Source: Candidatus Heimdallarchaeota archaeon
GTDB taxonomy: Archaea; Asgardarchaeota; Heimdallarchaeia; Heimdallarchaeales; Kariarchaeaceae
Length of the DNA: 64,000 nt
Direction: 5' to 3'
Assembly (NCBI GenBank): GCA_015523565.1
Contig: WAKA01000095.1
Coordinates: 18,383 to 82,382 of the forward strand
This document shows positions 53,524-63,569 of the stretch, piece after piece (position 1 is the first letter of the stretch; each line of letters starts with the position of its first letter). The notes beneath the pieces were generated by a model. That model had not been told where the DNA came from. It searched no databases and saw only the letters and a list, made by a program, of their open reading frames with translations. Made by a program: the position numbers and the translations under genes.

Positions 53524-54483
53524 ATGAATGTTTCTGACGAATTTCTATTGACCCAACAAATCTGTTCCAGTAACTATCTTGATTGGCTTAATAACAATGG
53601 TATCCTAAACAAACTCAAAAGCAATATCTTTCCTGAAAAGCTTTTTTTTGAAAAGAATTGGTCTGAAAAAGGAATGCCGATTTTCATGAAAATCATGGAA
53701 TTCCTCACGGCTATGGGAATTGTCCAATCTGAAGGTGGCGCTATCCACCTAAATCCTTCAAATATCCCGCAAATACAGCCAATGCTCAAACAAAAGCAAC
53801 AATTTCCTTCATCAAATCCAGTGTCTGTGTTTGTTCGGATTGCACTAAAAAAACTTGATTCTTTACTTATGCATGACGATGAAAAATTTAGTCTGGAAAA
53901 AGATTTGTACTTGGTTGAAGCTGCTTTTGTATTTCCTTATTTTCGAGATATAATAATGACTGTCAAACATTTAATCAAATCCACTTACAAATCCATGTCT
54001 CCACCAAGGATTTTGCTTTTAGGAAATTTTGTGGAATGGTTTGTTGCACCTTTAGTCCAATTGATCGAGTTCCCAGATCAAATAACATTGATTGCTCCTT
54101 CAACAGTTGCAAGAAATAATGCAATCGCATTTTGTGAACTGCATAGTAAAACTTCCATTTTTTCTAATAAGATTATTACCTATTCACAACTGAAAGATTT
54201 TGAAAAAGCTGAATTCCTTCTAGGTCTATTTGCTCTAGGATTTGATCTTTCACCACTTGACATGAAAAAACTTATGTCCTCTCTTTTAAAACATGAAGGA
54301 TATATTATTGGGAACTTCCCATTTCATCACAATAAATCTGGATTGGAGCCTTTCTTTCCCATGATTGAAAATTGGAGGGGTGATCTTTCATCAGACCGAT
54401 TTTTCACAGATCCGTTTATCAAAACCAAATCACCCCGATCAAATATTGTCCTTGGAAAGCTCAAGGGCTTTCAAGCTACATGA
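53524..54483 (+). CDS. Hypothetical protein, O-methyltransferase-like layout with a degenerate SAM-binding motif
   Basis: The N-terminal winged-helix-like segment (IFMKIMEFLTAMGIVQSEGGAIHLNP) resembles an OMT dimerisation domain. The position of motif I reads RILLLGNF instead of a DxGxGxG type. The call is weak. Confidence 0.3.
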   Translation: MNVSDEFLLTQQICSSNYLDWLNNNGILNKLKSNIFPEKLFFEKNWSEKGMPIFMKIMEFLTAMGIVQSEGGAIHLNPSNIPQIQPMLKQKQQFPSSNPVSVFVRIALKKLDSLLMHDDEKFSLEKDLYLVEAAFVFPYFRDIIMTVKHLIKSTYKSMSPPRILLLGNFVEWFVAPLVQLIEFPDQITLIAPSTVARNNAIAFCELHSKTSIFSNKIITYSQLKDFEKAEFLLGLFALGFDLSPLDMKKLMSSLLKHEGYIIGNFPFHHNKSGLEPFFPMIENWRGDLSSDRFFTDPFIKTKSPRSNIVLGKLKGFQAT

Positions 54484-54540
54484 GTGGAAAAGACATTACC
54501 CACAAGCTTTTAGCCTTTAAAAAACATTCTTACATATCAA

Positions 54541-56208
54541 ATGTCCAAAGCTTCACTAGGATTGATTTTCAATAAATGGCGGAAAACCCCTGATCAGGAA
54601 ATAATCCCTGAATTCTATCTGATAAAAATGACACAAAGGGTAAACCGTACTTCACCAATTCTTAAGGGGAAATTCATATTTTGCATACGTGGCAACAGGC
54701 TTGTTGCAAGCAAAATAGAGCTAAAAAAAGGAAATATGACAAAATATATGACATATAAGTCTTTCAAAGAAACTTATTTCCCGAAAATAGAATATTTGAT
54801 GGTACCGATTGATCAATCCATCCCTGCAAGAAATGAATTCATTGAATTCACTCAAAAGGAAAAGTTGCCTTATCCACGTGCAGTAAATCTCTGTCCATCA
54901 TGTCTTGCAAACTATCAACGAATCACGTTAATCCCCAAAAATGAGGTGATAGAGTATTATGGGAAAAAAATCTGCCAGCAATGTGCATTGGAGGACATTC
55001 GGGAAGAGTTTATCAAACGAGGGATTGAACTAACTGACTCTACAACATCATTTTATAGGCAACAATTAAAAAGGACTAAATCTGTTGAAAAAACAATTTC
55101 ATTACTGGAAACAAAACGACAACGCTATTCTGACGAGAGTACACTATTCGATATAATTCCTGCCGATACCTCTTTTCCATTAAAACCTATCTCAACAGGG
55201 TTGAAACAAATCGTCGAAAAGGGAATTTTGGATCAAAAGGTCATTGATGTTTGGATTTCCAAAAATTACAAGTATCTGTTGCCAGTGCAACAGTTGGCAA
55301 TAAAGGAAGGTCTTTTTGATTATCAAGACATGCTTGTTGTGGCAGGGACCTCGTCAGGAAAAACGTTTGTTGGGGAACTTGCTGGCATTTCAACAATTTT
55401 CCGGAAAAAAACAAAGTTTGTGTTCTTAACTCCTCTTGTGGCATTGACCAATCAAAAATATGAGCAATTCAAGCAATTATATCGAAAGGTCGGTCTACGA
55501 GTGGCAATTCGTGTAGGCATGACAAAAATCAATGTAAGAAATCAGGAAAAGGTCATAATTGACGGGTCGATTGAACATGCAGATATAATAGTTGCAACCT
55601 ATGAGGCTTTTGATTGGATACTCAGAAGTAAACAGTATAAGAAAATGGGGGATATAGGATGCTTGGTGATAGACGAGGTTCAATTATTGGGAGATGAAGA
55701 AAGGGGACAGGAATTGGATGGCATTATAGCCAGAACGAGACAAATCTATCCTCATTGCCAAGTCATTGCACTATCTGCAACAATAGGCAACAAAGAGGAA
55801 CTTGCCCAAGACCTAAAGATGTCTTTGGTCTCATACAATCATCGTCCAATACCTTTGGAACGCCATTTGGTTTTTGCTGAAAAAGAGGATGAAAAACCGA
55901 AAATAATTAGTGAACTTATCAAGGAAGGTCTTCAAGAAATTTCATCCACTGGTTTTGTCGGTCGCTCATTGGTATTTACAAATTCAAGACGAAGGGCTCA
56001 AGAGCTCTCCTCATTTTTCAGAGGGGAAGGCATACGGTCAACTTATTATCATGCTGGATTGACATACTATGAAAGAAAGAAAATTGAACAACTTTTTGAC
56101 CAGCAGAAAGTGGATGTCATTGTTACAACAGCCGCGTTGGGAGCAGGTGTAGATTTTCCTGTCTCTCAAGTGATATTGGAAAACCCTCTATGGGTGCAAA
56201 ATGGTTAA
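54541..56208 (+). CDS. SF2 (Ski2/Hel308-like) helicase, N-terminal fragment: Zn-ribbon N-domain plus motifs I-V
   Basis: Motifs are I (AGTSSGKTF), II (VIDEVQLL), III (LSATIGN), VFTNSRR and V (VTTAALGAGVDFP). The N-domain has CPSC...CQQC. The ORF ends just before motif VI. Confidence 0.85.
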   Translation: MSKASLGLIFNKWRKTPDQEIIPEFYLIKMTQRVNRTSPILKGKFIFCIRGNRLVASKIELKKGNMTKYMTYKSFKETYFPKIEYLMVPIDQSIPARNEFIEFTQKEKLPYPRAVNLCPSCLANYQRITLIPKNEVIEYYGKKICQQCALEDIREEFIKRGIELTDSTTSFYRQQLKRTKSVEKTISLLETKRQRYSDESTLFDIIPADTSFPLKPISTGLKQIVEKGILDQKVIDVWISKNYKYLLPVQQLAIKEGLFDYQDMLVVAGTSSGKTFVGELAGISTIFRKKTKFVFLTPLVALTNQKYEQFKQLYRKVGLRVAIRVGMTKINVRNQEKVIIDGSIEHADIIVATYEAFDWILRSKQYKKMGDIGCLVIDEVQLLGDEERGQELDGIIARTRQIYPHCQVIALSATIGNKEELAQDLKMSLVSYNHRPIPLERHLVFAEKEDEKPKIISELIKEGLQEISSTGFVGRSLVFTNSRRRAQELSSFFRGEGIRSTYYHAGLTYYERKKIEQLFDQQKVDVIVTTAALGAGVDFPVSQVILENPLWVQNG

Positions 56209-57221
56209 CTGTTGCAGAATTCCATCAAATGTATGGTCGTGCAGGTCGTTATGGATACCACGATAAAGGTAAGGTATTCTTGGTTGTAACCCCTGGTGCA
56301 AAACTTTATGCGGCAATGGATCGGTCAGAAGAGACAGTGGCTTTTGATCTTTTGATAAGGGATGTTGAACCTGTTGATGTTGAAATTGACTACGACCGAG
56401 AAATGGAGCAGGTTTTGGCAGGTATATCCTCTCTCCGACCAATTGGATTTCACCAATTAAAAAAATATTATCACTCACTTCTATACAATACTAAGCAATT
56501 GGACAATATGCTTTTGTCACTCAATAATTATGGGATGGCAATAAAAAATAATCAAAGGATTCAATTGACTCATCTTGGAAAATCAATTGCTGAAAGCTTT
56601 TTGGATCCAAAAGTTGGATATTCTGTGGCTAAACGCCTTTTGCATGATGAGGTTTTGGATATCGTTGTTGACTTGGCTCCTTTCAAAGCTTTGCACTTAT
56701 CTCCAAAAGCCCACGCTGAAATGGAACAGGGATTGAAATTCAAGATTCCGTCTCGATTTTTAAGTGACCCTGTCTTGGAAGGTATTACCCAAGGAACAAA
56801 CTTTTCAAAGTCAATATCAAAGCCCCTTACCCAACGGATGAAAACTTGGCATTCAGAATTTCTTGACTGCACCTGTAAAGAAAATCCTTACTGCAGGCAT
56901 CCTTTACAAAAAATAACTCGATTGATGATTGCTTTAAGACAAGACGGTCTAGGACCTGTTGAGATCAATTATGAATTAATGAAGCAATATGAACTGATGG
57001 CATTTCCTGGTGATATTTTCTCATGGCTGGAAGAATTGGTGCATGCAATTGAGACAACCATCCGAATTTCAAAAGCCATGAAATTAGCCAAAAAAGAAGA
57101 GGACGCCAAGGCTTTGCTGGAATCAATTGCTCAAACCCATATCTATCAACAACGAATCAAAAAAAGAAAACATGTCCCCAAAAAAAAGAGATCGGTTAAA
57201 AAACCAGCAAATGCAAAATAA
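56190..57221 (+). CDS. SF2 (Ski2/Hel308-like) helicase, C-terminal fragment: motif VI plus WH/ratchet-like region and a Lys-rich tail
   Basis: It contains motif VI (FHQMYGRAGRYGY) immediately after the frame change. It lies in the -1 frame relative to 54541..56208 and overlaps it by 19 nt. Confidence 0.8.
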   Translation: MGAKWLTVAEFHQMYGRAGRYGYHDKGKVFLVVTPGAKLYAAMDRSEETVAFDLLIRDVEPVDVEIDYDREMEQVLAGISSLRPIGFHQLKKYYHSLLYNTKQLDNMLLSLNNYGMAIKNNQRIQLTHLGKSIAESFLDPKVGYSVAKRLLHDEVLDIVVDLAPFKALHLSPKAHAEMEQGLKFKIPSRFLSDPVLEGITQGTNFSKSISKPLTQRMKTWHSEFLDCTCKENPYCRHPLQKITRLMIALRQDGLGPVEINYELMKQYELMAFPGDIFSWLEELVHAIETTIRISKAMKLAKKEEDAKALLESIAQTHIYQQRIKKRKHVPKKKRSVKKPANAK

Positions 57222-57295
57222 GTGATCTTTTTCCGGAATTCATGGGATGACATTAATATGGGCTTGTTGAAAATAAATTGTAGCTAGGTGATGGG

Positions 57296-58234
57296 TTGAA
57301 ACTACTGCGTCAAATTCTCCAAAACATGCGTATTCTAGGTGCTGTGGTAAAAAGGAATATCTTGGTGGATTTAAGATACAAATTTCAGATATTTGTCGAA
57401 ATTACATGGACAACCGTAAATGTTCTTGCATTTGTTCTGCTTGGTGCCGCATGGGATGCAACTGCCTCTCCAGCAGGAGTTCCCTATTCCATGGTCACTT
57501 TCTTTTTGGTCGCAACGGGATTTTTCACTGTTTTTTCTGGAGTCATGGAATCAACTGTTGAAGCAGTTACAGAGGAAAGCAAACTTGGAACCATGGGCTT
57601 TTTGATAACCAACTCTGTTTCACCCACAACCATAATACTTGGAAGATATATTGCCGCAACAATACGATGGCTTATTGTATTGTTTGTTATCGTACTCCCT
57701 CCACTTGTTTTCAAAGGTGTTTATCCAAATACATTGTCACTTGTATTTTCTTCTATTCTTGTATTTTTCATGGCTTGGATTTTCATGGCTGGATTTACCT
57801 TAATATTGACTTCTGTTTCCCTTATCTTCAAAAGAACTACAACATTTAATAAAGTTGGAATATATATTGTAAGATTCCTCTCTGGCGCTATTGTTCCTAT
57901 TTTTTCATTTGATTCCAGCTTCCGCATTCTTGGGAAACCTCTTTCAAACATCCTGATCTGGTTCCCACCAACATATGCGCTGGAAACCCTAAGATGGCTG
58001 TTCTCTGTTCAAGATGAAAAATCCATTGTGTCTGGAGGTACTGTCTCAAAGGACGGTCTTGTTTATGGGTCTTTCAATTCGATTTTCCATATGAATGCAA
58101 CCAATTTTGGATTGAATGACCCTACACTTCAATTGATGTATTTGATATCATTTGTCTTCCTATTGTTGTCTGGTCTTTTCTCCTATTGGCTCACTCAGGT
58201 CAGTCGAAGATGGGGCACAATTGAATTTTATTGA
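57296..58234 (+). CDS. ABC-2-type transporter permease
   Basis: It has about 6 TM helices, is 312 aa, and lies immediately upstream of an ABC ATPase. The start is TTG. Confidence 0.6.
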   Translation: MKLLRQILQNMRILGAVVKRNILVDLRYKFQIFVEITWTTVNVLAFVLLGAAWDATASPAGVPYSMVTFFLVATGFFTVFSGVMESTVEAVTEESKLGTMGFLITNSVSPTTIILGRYIAATIRWLIVLFVIVLPPLVFKGVYPNTLSLVFSSILVFFMAWIFMAGFTLILTSVSLIFKRTTTFNKVGIYIVRFLSGAIVPIFSFDSSFRILGKPLSNILIWFPPTYALETLRWLFSVQDEKSIVSGGTVSKDGLVYGSFNSIFHMNATNFGLNDPTLQLMYLISFVFLLLSGLFSYWLTQVSRRWGTIEFY

Positions 58235-58245
58235 GGTGGAATTAA

Positions 58246-59183
58246 TGGTAGTCAATGCAATAGAATGCCAACATCTGACCAAGACCTTCAAAAATCCCCA
58301 AAACAGGGACGGCTTGACAGTTCTTGGAGATATCACTTTCCATGTGAAAAAAGGTTCAACCCTCGCCATCACTGGTGGGAACGGCTCTGGAAAAACTACT
58401 CTCCTAAAGGTTCTTGCAACCTTGTTTTTACCTGATGGAGGAAATTGTAAAATTCTTGGGCTGGATCTTGTCAAACAAGCTTCTGAAATTCGTGAACGGA
58501 TTTCTTTTGTATCCGCTGGACTTGACTTTCAAAGAAAACTAACCTTGAGGGAAAATCTGGAATTTTTTGCAAAAGTGCAGGGATCGTCTGTTGAGCCTGC
58601 TTTCCGCTTCCTTAACGAGATGAACATGATGCACATCATTGACCAGCGAACAGAGACCTTCAGTGAAGGTCAAAAGGCGATCACCCGCCTTGCAATTGGT
58701 CTGATGAAAGAGAAAAGTGAAATCCTGTTGCTTGATGAGGTCACATTGGGTCTTGATGTAACCCGTAAAGAGGAAGTGATAGATTATTTAACCAAATCAA
58801 TTCGAAACAAAACCCTATTGATTGTTGACCACGATAGTGATGTTATTGAAAGATTATGTGAACAGGTATTGATTCTCAAACCTGGTGGCTTTGTTGACAC
58901 AATTGTTTCTGTTGATCAACTGATGAAATCCCTTCCCTATTCTCACGAAATCACAGCAATTCCCAAACGTTACCTTCAAGACAGGGATATCAAGGAAATA
59001 TGGCCTCATTTTGTAAGGTCCGGCGGAATTATCAAATTCTATCCTGAAAACAAAAGACAGGCCGAAAGGATTACAAACAGATTGTTGAAAACAGATCTGA
59101 TGTCCAGTGTTCAAGCAAGAAAAATAGATTTGAATGACTATGCAATAAGATATAGTCAATCTTCATTAACTGAGTTAATTTAA
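58246..59183 (+). CDS. ABC transporter ATP-binding protein
   Basis: Motifs are Walker A (GGNGSGKTT), the signature FSEGQ, Walker B (ILLLDEVTLGLD) and an H-loop (VDHD). I chose the ATG at 58246, which has GAGGTG 6 nt upstream and follows the permease stop. The track's TTG at 58152 would overlap the permease. Confidence 0.9.
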
Positions 59184-59219
59184 CAAAAGAAATAATTACC
59201 TTGGAAATGGTAAGGTCAT

Positions 59220-60752
59220 GTGCCTGTTGCTGTTTTAAACTTTGGTTCGCAATATACCCACCTTATCGTAAGACGGATAAGGGAGCTTGGAGTCAAGGCA
59301 GAAATCCTCTCACCTACAACAACATTCCAAACAATCCAAAAAGAAGGGTACAATGCCATTGTACTCTCTGGAGGTCCTCAAGACGCTTATAGACCTGATG
59401 CACTCCGACTTGACCAAGAGATACTTCTCTCAGATATTCCTATTCTTGGTGTTTGCTATGGACACCAATTGATGGCAATTCAAAATGGAGGTCAGGTGAA
59501 AAGAAATGAATTTGGGGAATATGGCGTCAAAACCCTAAAAATCTCACATCAAAGTCCACTCTTCAAAGATATTGAAAAAGATGTTTTCAACGTGTGGATG
59601 AGTCACTCTGACCAAGTTATTAAGGTACCGGAAGGCGCTGTCTCAATAGGATCCACAGATACAGATCAAAACGCGGCGATACAATATTCAGATACGAGAT
59701 TTAGCGTTCAGTTCCATCCTGAAGTCCATCATACCGAATATGGCAAGACGATAATCAATAATTTCTTAACATTGGCTAAGGTAAAACGAGATTGGGATGT
59801 CAATTCATTTGTTGACATTGTCTTTTCCAACCTTCCAGAAACAAAGGGAAATATCCTCATGGGAGTGTCGGGGGGGGTTGACAGTACTGTAGTGGCAAAA
59901 ATTTTGTCAGATAGATACCCTGAAAAATTGCATTGCGTCTATGTGGACACTGGTTTAATGCGTGCAAAAGAGACAGAATATGTCTCCAAATTATTCAAGG
60001 TATTGAACATTAGGCATTTCCATGTTGTAAATGCCAAAAAACAATTTCTAGATGCCCTAAAAGGAAAAATTGATCCTGAGGAAAAAAGAAAGGCTATTGG
60101 GAAAACATTTATTGAAGTATTTGAAAAAAGCGCGACGGAAATCTCCGAAAAGTATGGTGAATTTGAATATCTTGGACAGGGAACTATATATCCTGATAGA
60201 ATTGAAAGTTCTGAACCAGGGAAACATGCGGAAGTAATCAAAAGCCATCATAATGTTGGAGGTTTGCCGGAAAAACTTCACCTGAAATTGTTGGAACCAA
60301 TTCGTGACCTCTATAAGGATGAAGTACGCCAACTTGGAAAAATTCTTGGAATTCCCTCAGAATTTCTTAAGAGACAACCGTTCCCTGGACCAGGATTGGC
60401 AATCAGAATCATTGGTGAAGTAACAGAAGAGAGATTGCAAATTGTCAGACAATCAGATGACATATTGCATCAAGTATTGGAAGAAGAGGGGCTGACCGAT
60501 AAAATCTGGCAATTTTTTGCCGCGTTTCTCCCTATAAAAACTGTGGGGGTCATGGGCGATTCCAGGACTTATGACTCCGCAATTGCTGTAAGAATGGTTG
60601 ATAGCATTGATGGGATGACCGCGGATATTATCGATGTCCCAAAAACTGTCCTTCTGAAAATCAGCTCAAGAATTGTCAATGAGGTTAACGGAATAAACCG
60701 CGTATTTTACGACATCACACAAAAACCACCCGCAACCATTGAATTTGAATGA
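59220..60752 (+). CDS. guaA: GMP synthase (glutamine-hydrolysing), fused GATase plus ATP-pyrophosphatase
   Basis: The GATase motif is GVCYGHQLM, the PP-loop is GVSGGVDSTV, and the C-terminal dimerisation domain ends PPATIEFE. The start is GTG. Confidence 0.95.
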   Translation: MPVAVLNFGSQYTHLIVRRIRELGVKAEILSPTTTFQTIQKEGYNAIVLSGGPQDAYRPDALRLDQEILLSDIPILGVCYGHQLMAIQNGGQVKRNEFGEYGVKTLKISHQSPLFKDIEKDVFNVWMSHSDQVIKVPEGAVSIGSTDTDQNAAIQYSDTRFSVQFHPEVHHTEYGKTIINNFLTLAKVKRDWDVNSFVDIVFSNLPETKGNILMGVSGGVDSTVVAKILSDRYPEKLHCVYVDTGLMRAKETEYVSKLFKVLNIRHFHVVNAKKQFLDALKGKIDPEEKRKAIGKTFIEVFEKSATEISEKYGEFEYLGQGTIYPDRIESSEPGKHAEVIKSHHNVGGLPEKLHLKLLEPIRDLYKDEVRQLGKILGIPSEFLKRQPFPGPGLAIRIIGEVTEERLQIVRQSDDILHQVLEEEGLTDKIWQFFAAFLPIKTVGVMGDSRTYDSAIAVRMVDSIDGMTADIIDVPKTVLLKISSRIVNEVNGINRVFYDITQKPPATIEFE

Positions 60753-60772
60753 CAAAAGAAAAAAGTCTCTAG

Positions 60773-61561
60773 TTGATATCAAAACTTGTGAAAGTCCTGC
60801 TTGTAGGTCACGTCTCGAAAGACATGTTTGGAAATCAAGTTCAATATGGTGGTTCACCAACATATCAAACGCCCTTTTTTCTGAGATGGGGTTGCCATGT
60901 CACAATTTATACATCTGCTTCGAGGGATTACCCTTTTCCAAACCACCCAAACCTTCGAATCATAAATGATGAAACTGTTGACACAACTACCTTTTCTTTT
61001 TCATTTGATGAAATTGGCAATAGGCACTTGAGGCTTTTGTACCGGGCAAATGATCTCGGTTCCAAACCTTTAGATAAAGAAATGTTTGACATAGCCATTG
61101 TTTCCCCAATCTGTGGAGAGGTTTCCTCTGACCTGTTGGACACAATAAGAGAACGATCAACCTTTATGGTTGGTGATGCCCAAGGATTCATCAGGGAAAT
61201 AGATCAAAATGGAAATGTGTTGCACTCAAAAGATTTTCCTTGGTTCAAGCTGGAAAGATGGTTTGACATTATCAAAGGATCTGACGAAGAAATTAAAGAA
61301 CCTTCAACATTTCCCAACTTTATATTTATTAGGACAAGGGGAAATAATCCTGTTCAAATCTGGCATAAAGGGACTTATATGGAATTCCCTTTGGAACAAA
61401 TGCCTGAATATAAAATCATTGATACAACTGGTGCTGGAGATTCATTTTTAGCAGGTTTTAGCTATTCTTACTATAAAACACGGAATTTTGAGCAATCAAT
61501 CAAATTTGCCCATACATGTGCAATGGAAAATTTAAGCATGAAAGGTCCACTAAAGCCTTGA
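60773..61561 (+). CDS. PfkB-family carbohydrate/nucleoside kinase
   Basis: The C-terminal PfkB signature DTTGAGDSFLAGF is present, along with an N-terminal GG motif region (YGGSPTY). The start is TTG. Confidence 0.75.
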   Translation: MISKLVKVLLVGHVSKDMFGNQVQYGGSPTYQTPFFLRWGCHVTIYTSASRDYPFPNHPNLRIINDETVDTTTFSFSFDEIGNRHLRLLYRANDLGSKPLDKEMFDIAIVSPICGEVSSDLLDTIRERSTFMVGDAQGFIREIDQNGNVLHSKDFPWFKLERWFDIIKGSDEEIKEPSTFPNFIFIRTRGNNPVQIWHKGTYMEFPLEQMPEYKIIDTTGAGDSFLAGFSYSYYKTRNFEQSIKFAHTCAMENLSMKGPLKP

Positions 61562-61828
61562 AACAAAAGTCAATTCTGCATCCTCCACCCCTTCAAATTC
61601 TTTAATGTATTCTTCCAGCTTGTCTTGCATGCCGTCTTCTTCAGGAATGATAAATTGAACGGTTGCACCCTTAATGCCAAAATACAATGGCTCAATTTTC
61701 ACACCATCTTGCATCTTAATGCGGTCGTCAACCGTCGCAAGTTTCTCTCTTATGCTTTTTGCAATTGCTTCCAAGTCAACGTCTGGACTTGATCCTTTTA
61801 TTTTGTATTGTAATAGTACTTCACCCAT
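61550..61828 (-). CDS. Translation elongation factor aEF-1 beta
   Basis: The sequence MGEVLLQYKIKGSSPDVDLEAIAKSIREKL....IEPLYFGIKGATVQFIIPEEDG..DKLEEYIKEFEGVEDAELTFVSRL matches the roughly 90-aa archaeal EF-1beta. I chose the internal ATG at 61828, which has GAGGTGA upstream. The longer track ORF would overlap the upstream gene. Confidence 0.85.
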   Translation of the reverse strand: MGEVLLQYKIKGSSPDVDLEAIAKSIREKLATVDDRIKMQDGVKIEPLYFGIKGATVQFIIPEEDGMQDKLEEYIKEFEGVEDAELTFVSRL

Positions 61829-61841
61829 GATTTTCACCTCT

Positions 61842-62024
61842 TTATGGTCCTTCAAAGCCACAGCTGATGCAGGTATATTTATTCCCCACTCTTCGGCAAG
61901 ATGCACATCTAATGATCAATGATCCGCATTCCGGACATTGGAACTTTGCGGACCCCTTATCAGATGGGGCAAGTTCCCGATTGCAACTGTAACAATGATC
62001 TAGATTGATGTTAGAACTCATCAA
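61842..62024 (-). CDS. Zn-ribbon protein, the type usually found next to aEF-1beta in archaea
   Basis: Four CxxC pairs are present: CYSC, CPEC, CASC and CISC. It is 60 aa and lies 13 nt upstream of the EF-1beta gene on the same strand. Confidence 0.6.
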   Translation of the reverse strand: MMSSNINLDHCYSCNRELAPSDKGSAKFQCPECGSLIIRCASCRRVGNKYTCISCGFEGP

Positions 62025-62183
62025 AACAATCTCTTCTTATGTTTATAAAAAATAAACGATAGAGTTGGCATAGAAATAAAAATTTCTTGATTTTTCGTGA
62101 ATGAATGGTTTTGGCTTGGATATTCCTATACCAAATAAATGAGTCAATGGCAAAATTAATAATCTCTGCTAAAGTAAATCTTC

Positions 62184-62552
62184 TTGATGGTTGAACTATC
62201 CCTATCTTTCTCCCCTCCTGTCAAAAAAGAATTACATATCACGGAAAAGGCCGCGGAAAAAATTGAAACTCTCCTTAAAAATGAAAACAAAACAGACCAC
62301 GCATTGAGAATCAAAGTTATTCCTGGTGGTTGCGCAGGTTTTTCTTATGACCTTGAATGGTTTCCATTAAATAAAATCAAGGACGAAGTTGTCTTTGAAA
62401 AAGGCAATGCAAAAGTCGTCGTTGGACCCGCGGATCTAAGATTGATTGCAGGAAGTACTTTGGATTATGTGGAAAGCCTGATGGCCAGTAAATTTGAAGT
62501 GAAAAACCCTAATGCCACAAATACTTGCGGATGCGGCAAAAGTTTCTCTTGA
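62184..62552 (+). CDS. Iron-sulfur cluster assembly/insertion protein, HesB/IscA/ErpA family
   Basis: Family motifs are LRIKVIPGGCAGFSYDL and the C-terminal CGCGKSF. The start is probably the ATG at 62187. Confidence 0.85.
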   Translation: MMVELSLSFSPPVKKELHITEKAAEKIETLLKNENKTDHALRIKVIPGGCAGFSYDLEWFPLNKIKDEVVFEKGNAKVVVGPADLRLIAGSTLDYVESLMASKFEVKNPNATNTCGCGKSFS

Positions 62553-62599
62553 AATTTAGTCAAACTTTATATTCGTCATGGTCTACATTTTTTTGAATA

Positions 62600-63550
62600 A
62601 TGACATCTAATGAATTCCCTGACGTGCCTGAACAAATTGTGACTGTTCTGAAAAAAAATGGGTACAATAGCTTAAAAACAGTTGCTCTTGCCACTGAAGA
62701 AGAGTTGATGCACGATCTCAATGTAGGAAGGGAAATCGCGGCGGATCTTATTGCAAAAGCAAGAACACTGGTGTCTGTCCCTCCTGTTACCGCAGATCAA
62801 TTGTTAGATGACGAGAACAACCGCGGAAAGCTTACCACTTCTTCAAACAATTTGGATTCTCTCCTTGAAGGTGGTGTTTGGGAAAAAGAGATCACTGAAA
62901 TTGCAGGCGGGTTTGCCACTGGGAAAAGTCAATTGTGTTTTCAATTATCTGTAAATGCCCAACTCCCACGGGATCGGGGGGGGCTTGAGGGTAAGGTTTT
63001 CTTTGTTGATACAGAAGGAACTTTTTCAGCCAAACGTGTTGGAGAACTTGCGATTGCTCAAGATCTAGACCCCCATGAAGTCTTAAGAAACATATTTGTG
63101 GCAAGAGTCCTTGATTCCAATCAACAATTTCGCATAATCAAGAAAATTGCCGATATGGCAGACAAAGAAAACATTAAACTGGTCATAGTTGATTCTTTGG
63201 CCGCACATTTCAGAGCAGATTATATTGGAAAAGACAAGCTTGTGGAAAGGCAACAAAAAATCATGCAACAGGCTACCTTGTTATCAACTTTGGCATTCAC
63301 TAAAAATCTTGCAGTTGTGGTGACAAATCAAGTTGTTGCAAGGGTTGACGAATTTGCCAGCTCAACCAGCAACCAACCTGCTTTGGGGCAAGCTTGGGCT
63401 CATAGACCTCAAACCAGAATTCTTTTGAGAAAATCTCCTGGGGTCGCAAGACTTGCAAGATTATTGGACAGTCCAAGGAGACCGGAAGGTGAAGAAATCT
63501 TTTATATCACACCTATAGGCATTAGGGATAAACCCCATAATTCATTTTAG
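62600..63550 (+). CDS. radA: DNA repair and recombination protein RadA
   Basis: It has an N-terminal HhH domain (LKTVALATEEELMHDL). The Walker A region is GGFATGKSQLCFQL, followed by FVDTEGTF and Walker B (LVIVDSLAAHFR). It is 316 aa with no intein. Confidence 0.95.
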   Translation: MTSNEFPDVPEQIVTVLKKNGYNSLKTVALATEEELMHDLNVGREIAADLIAKARTLVSVPPVTADQLLDDENNRGKLTTSSNNLDSLLEGGVWEKEITEIAGGFATGKSQLCFQLSVNAQLPRDRGGLEGKVFFVDTEGTFSAKRVGELAIAQDLDPHEVLRNIFVARVLDSNQQFRIIKKIADMADKENIKLVIVDSLAAHFRADYIGKDKLVERQQKIMQQATLLSTLAFTKNLAVVVTNQVVARVDEFASSTSNQPALGQAWAHRPQTRILLRKSPGVARLARLLDSPRRPEGEEIFYITPIGIRDKPHNSF

Positions 63551-63569
63551 GTGCAGCGCCTTGCATAAA

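Noticed and set aside
58152-58245. An N-terminal extension of the ABC ATPase from a TTG start in the ORF track.
   Set aside because: The extension overlaps the 3' end of the permease gene. The ATG at 58246 follows the permease stop, has a GAGGTG SD-like site, and gives a typical ATPase N-terminus.
59220-60752. A fused, single-polypeptide GMP synthase as a possible oddity, since many archaea encode the two halves separately.
   Set aside because: Fused guaA is common across all domains, including many archaea. It is not unusual enough to report.
61829-61906. A 26-codon N-terminal extension of the aEF-1beta ORF.
   Set aside because: It would overlap the upstream Zn-ribbon gene. The internal ATG at 61828 gives the canonical protein of about 90 aa and is preceded by GAGGTGA.
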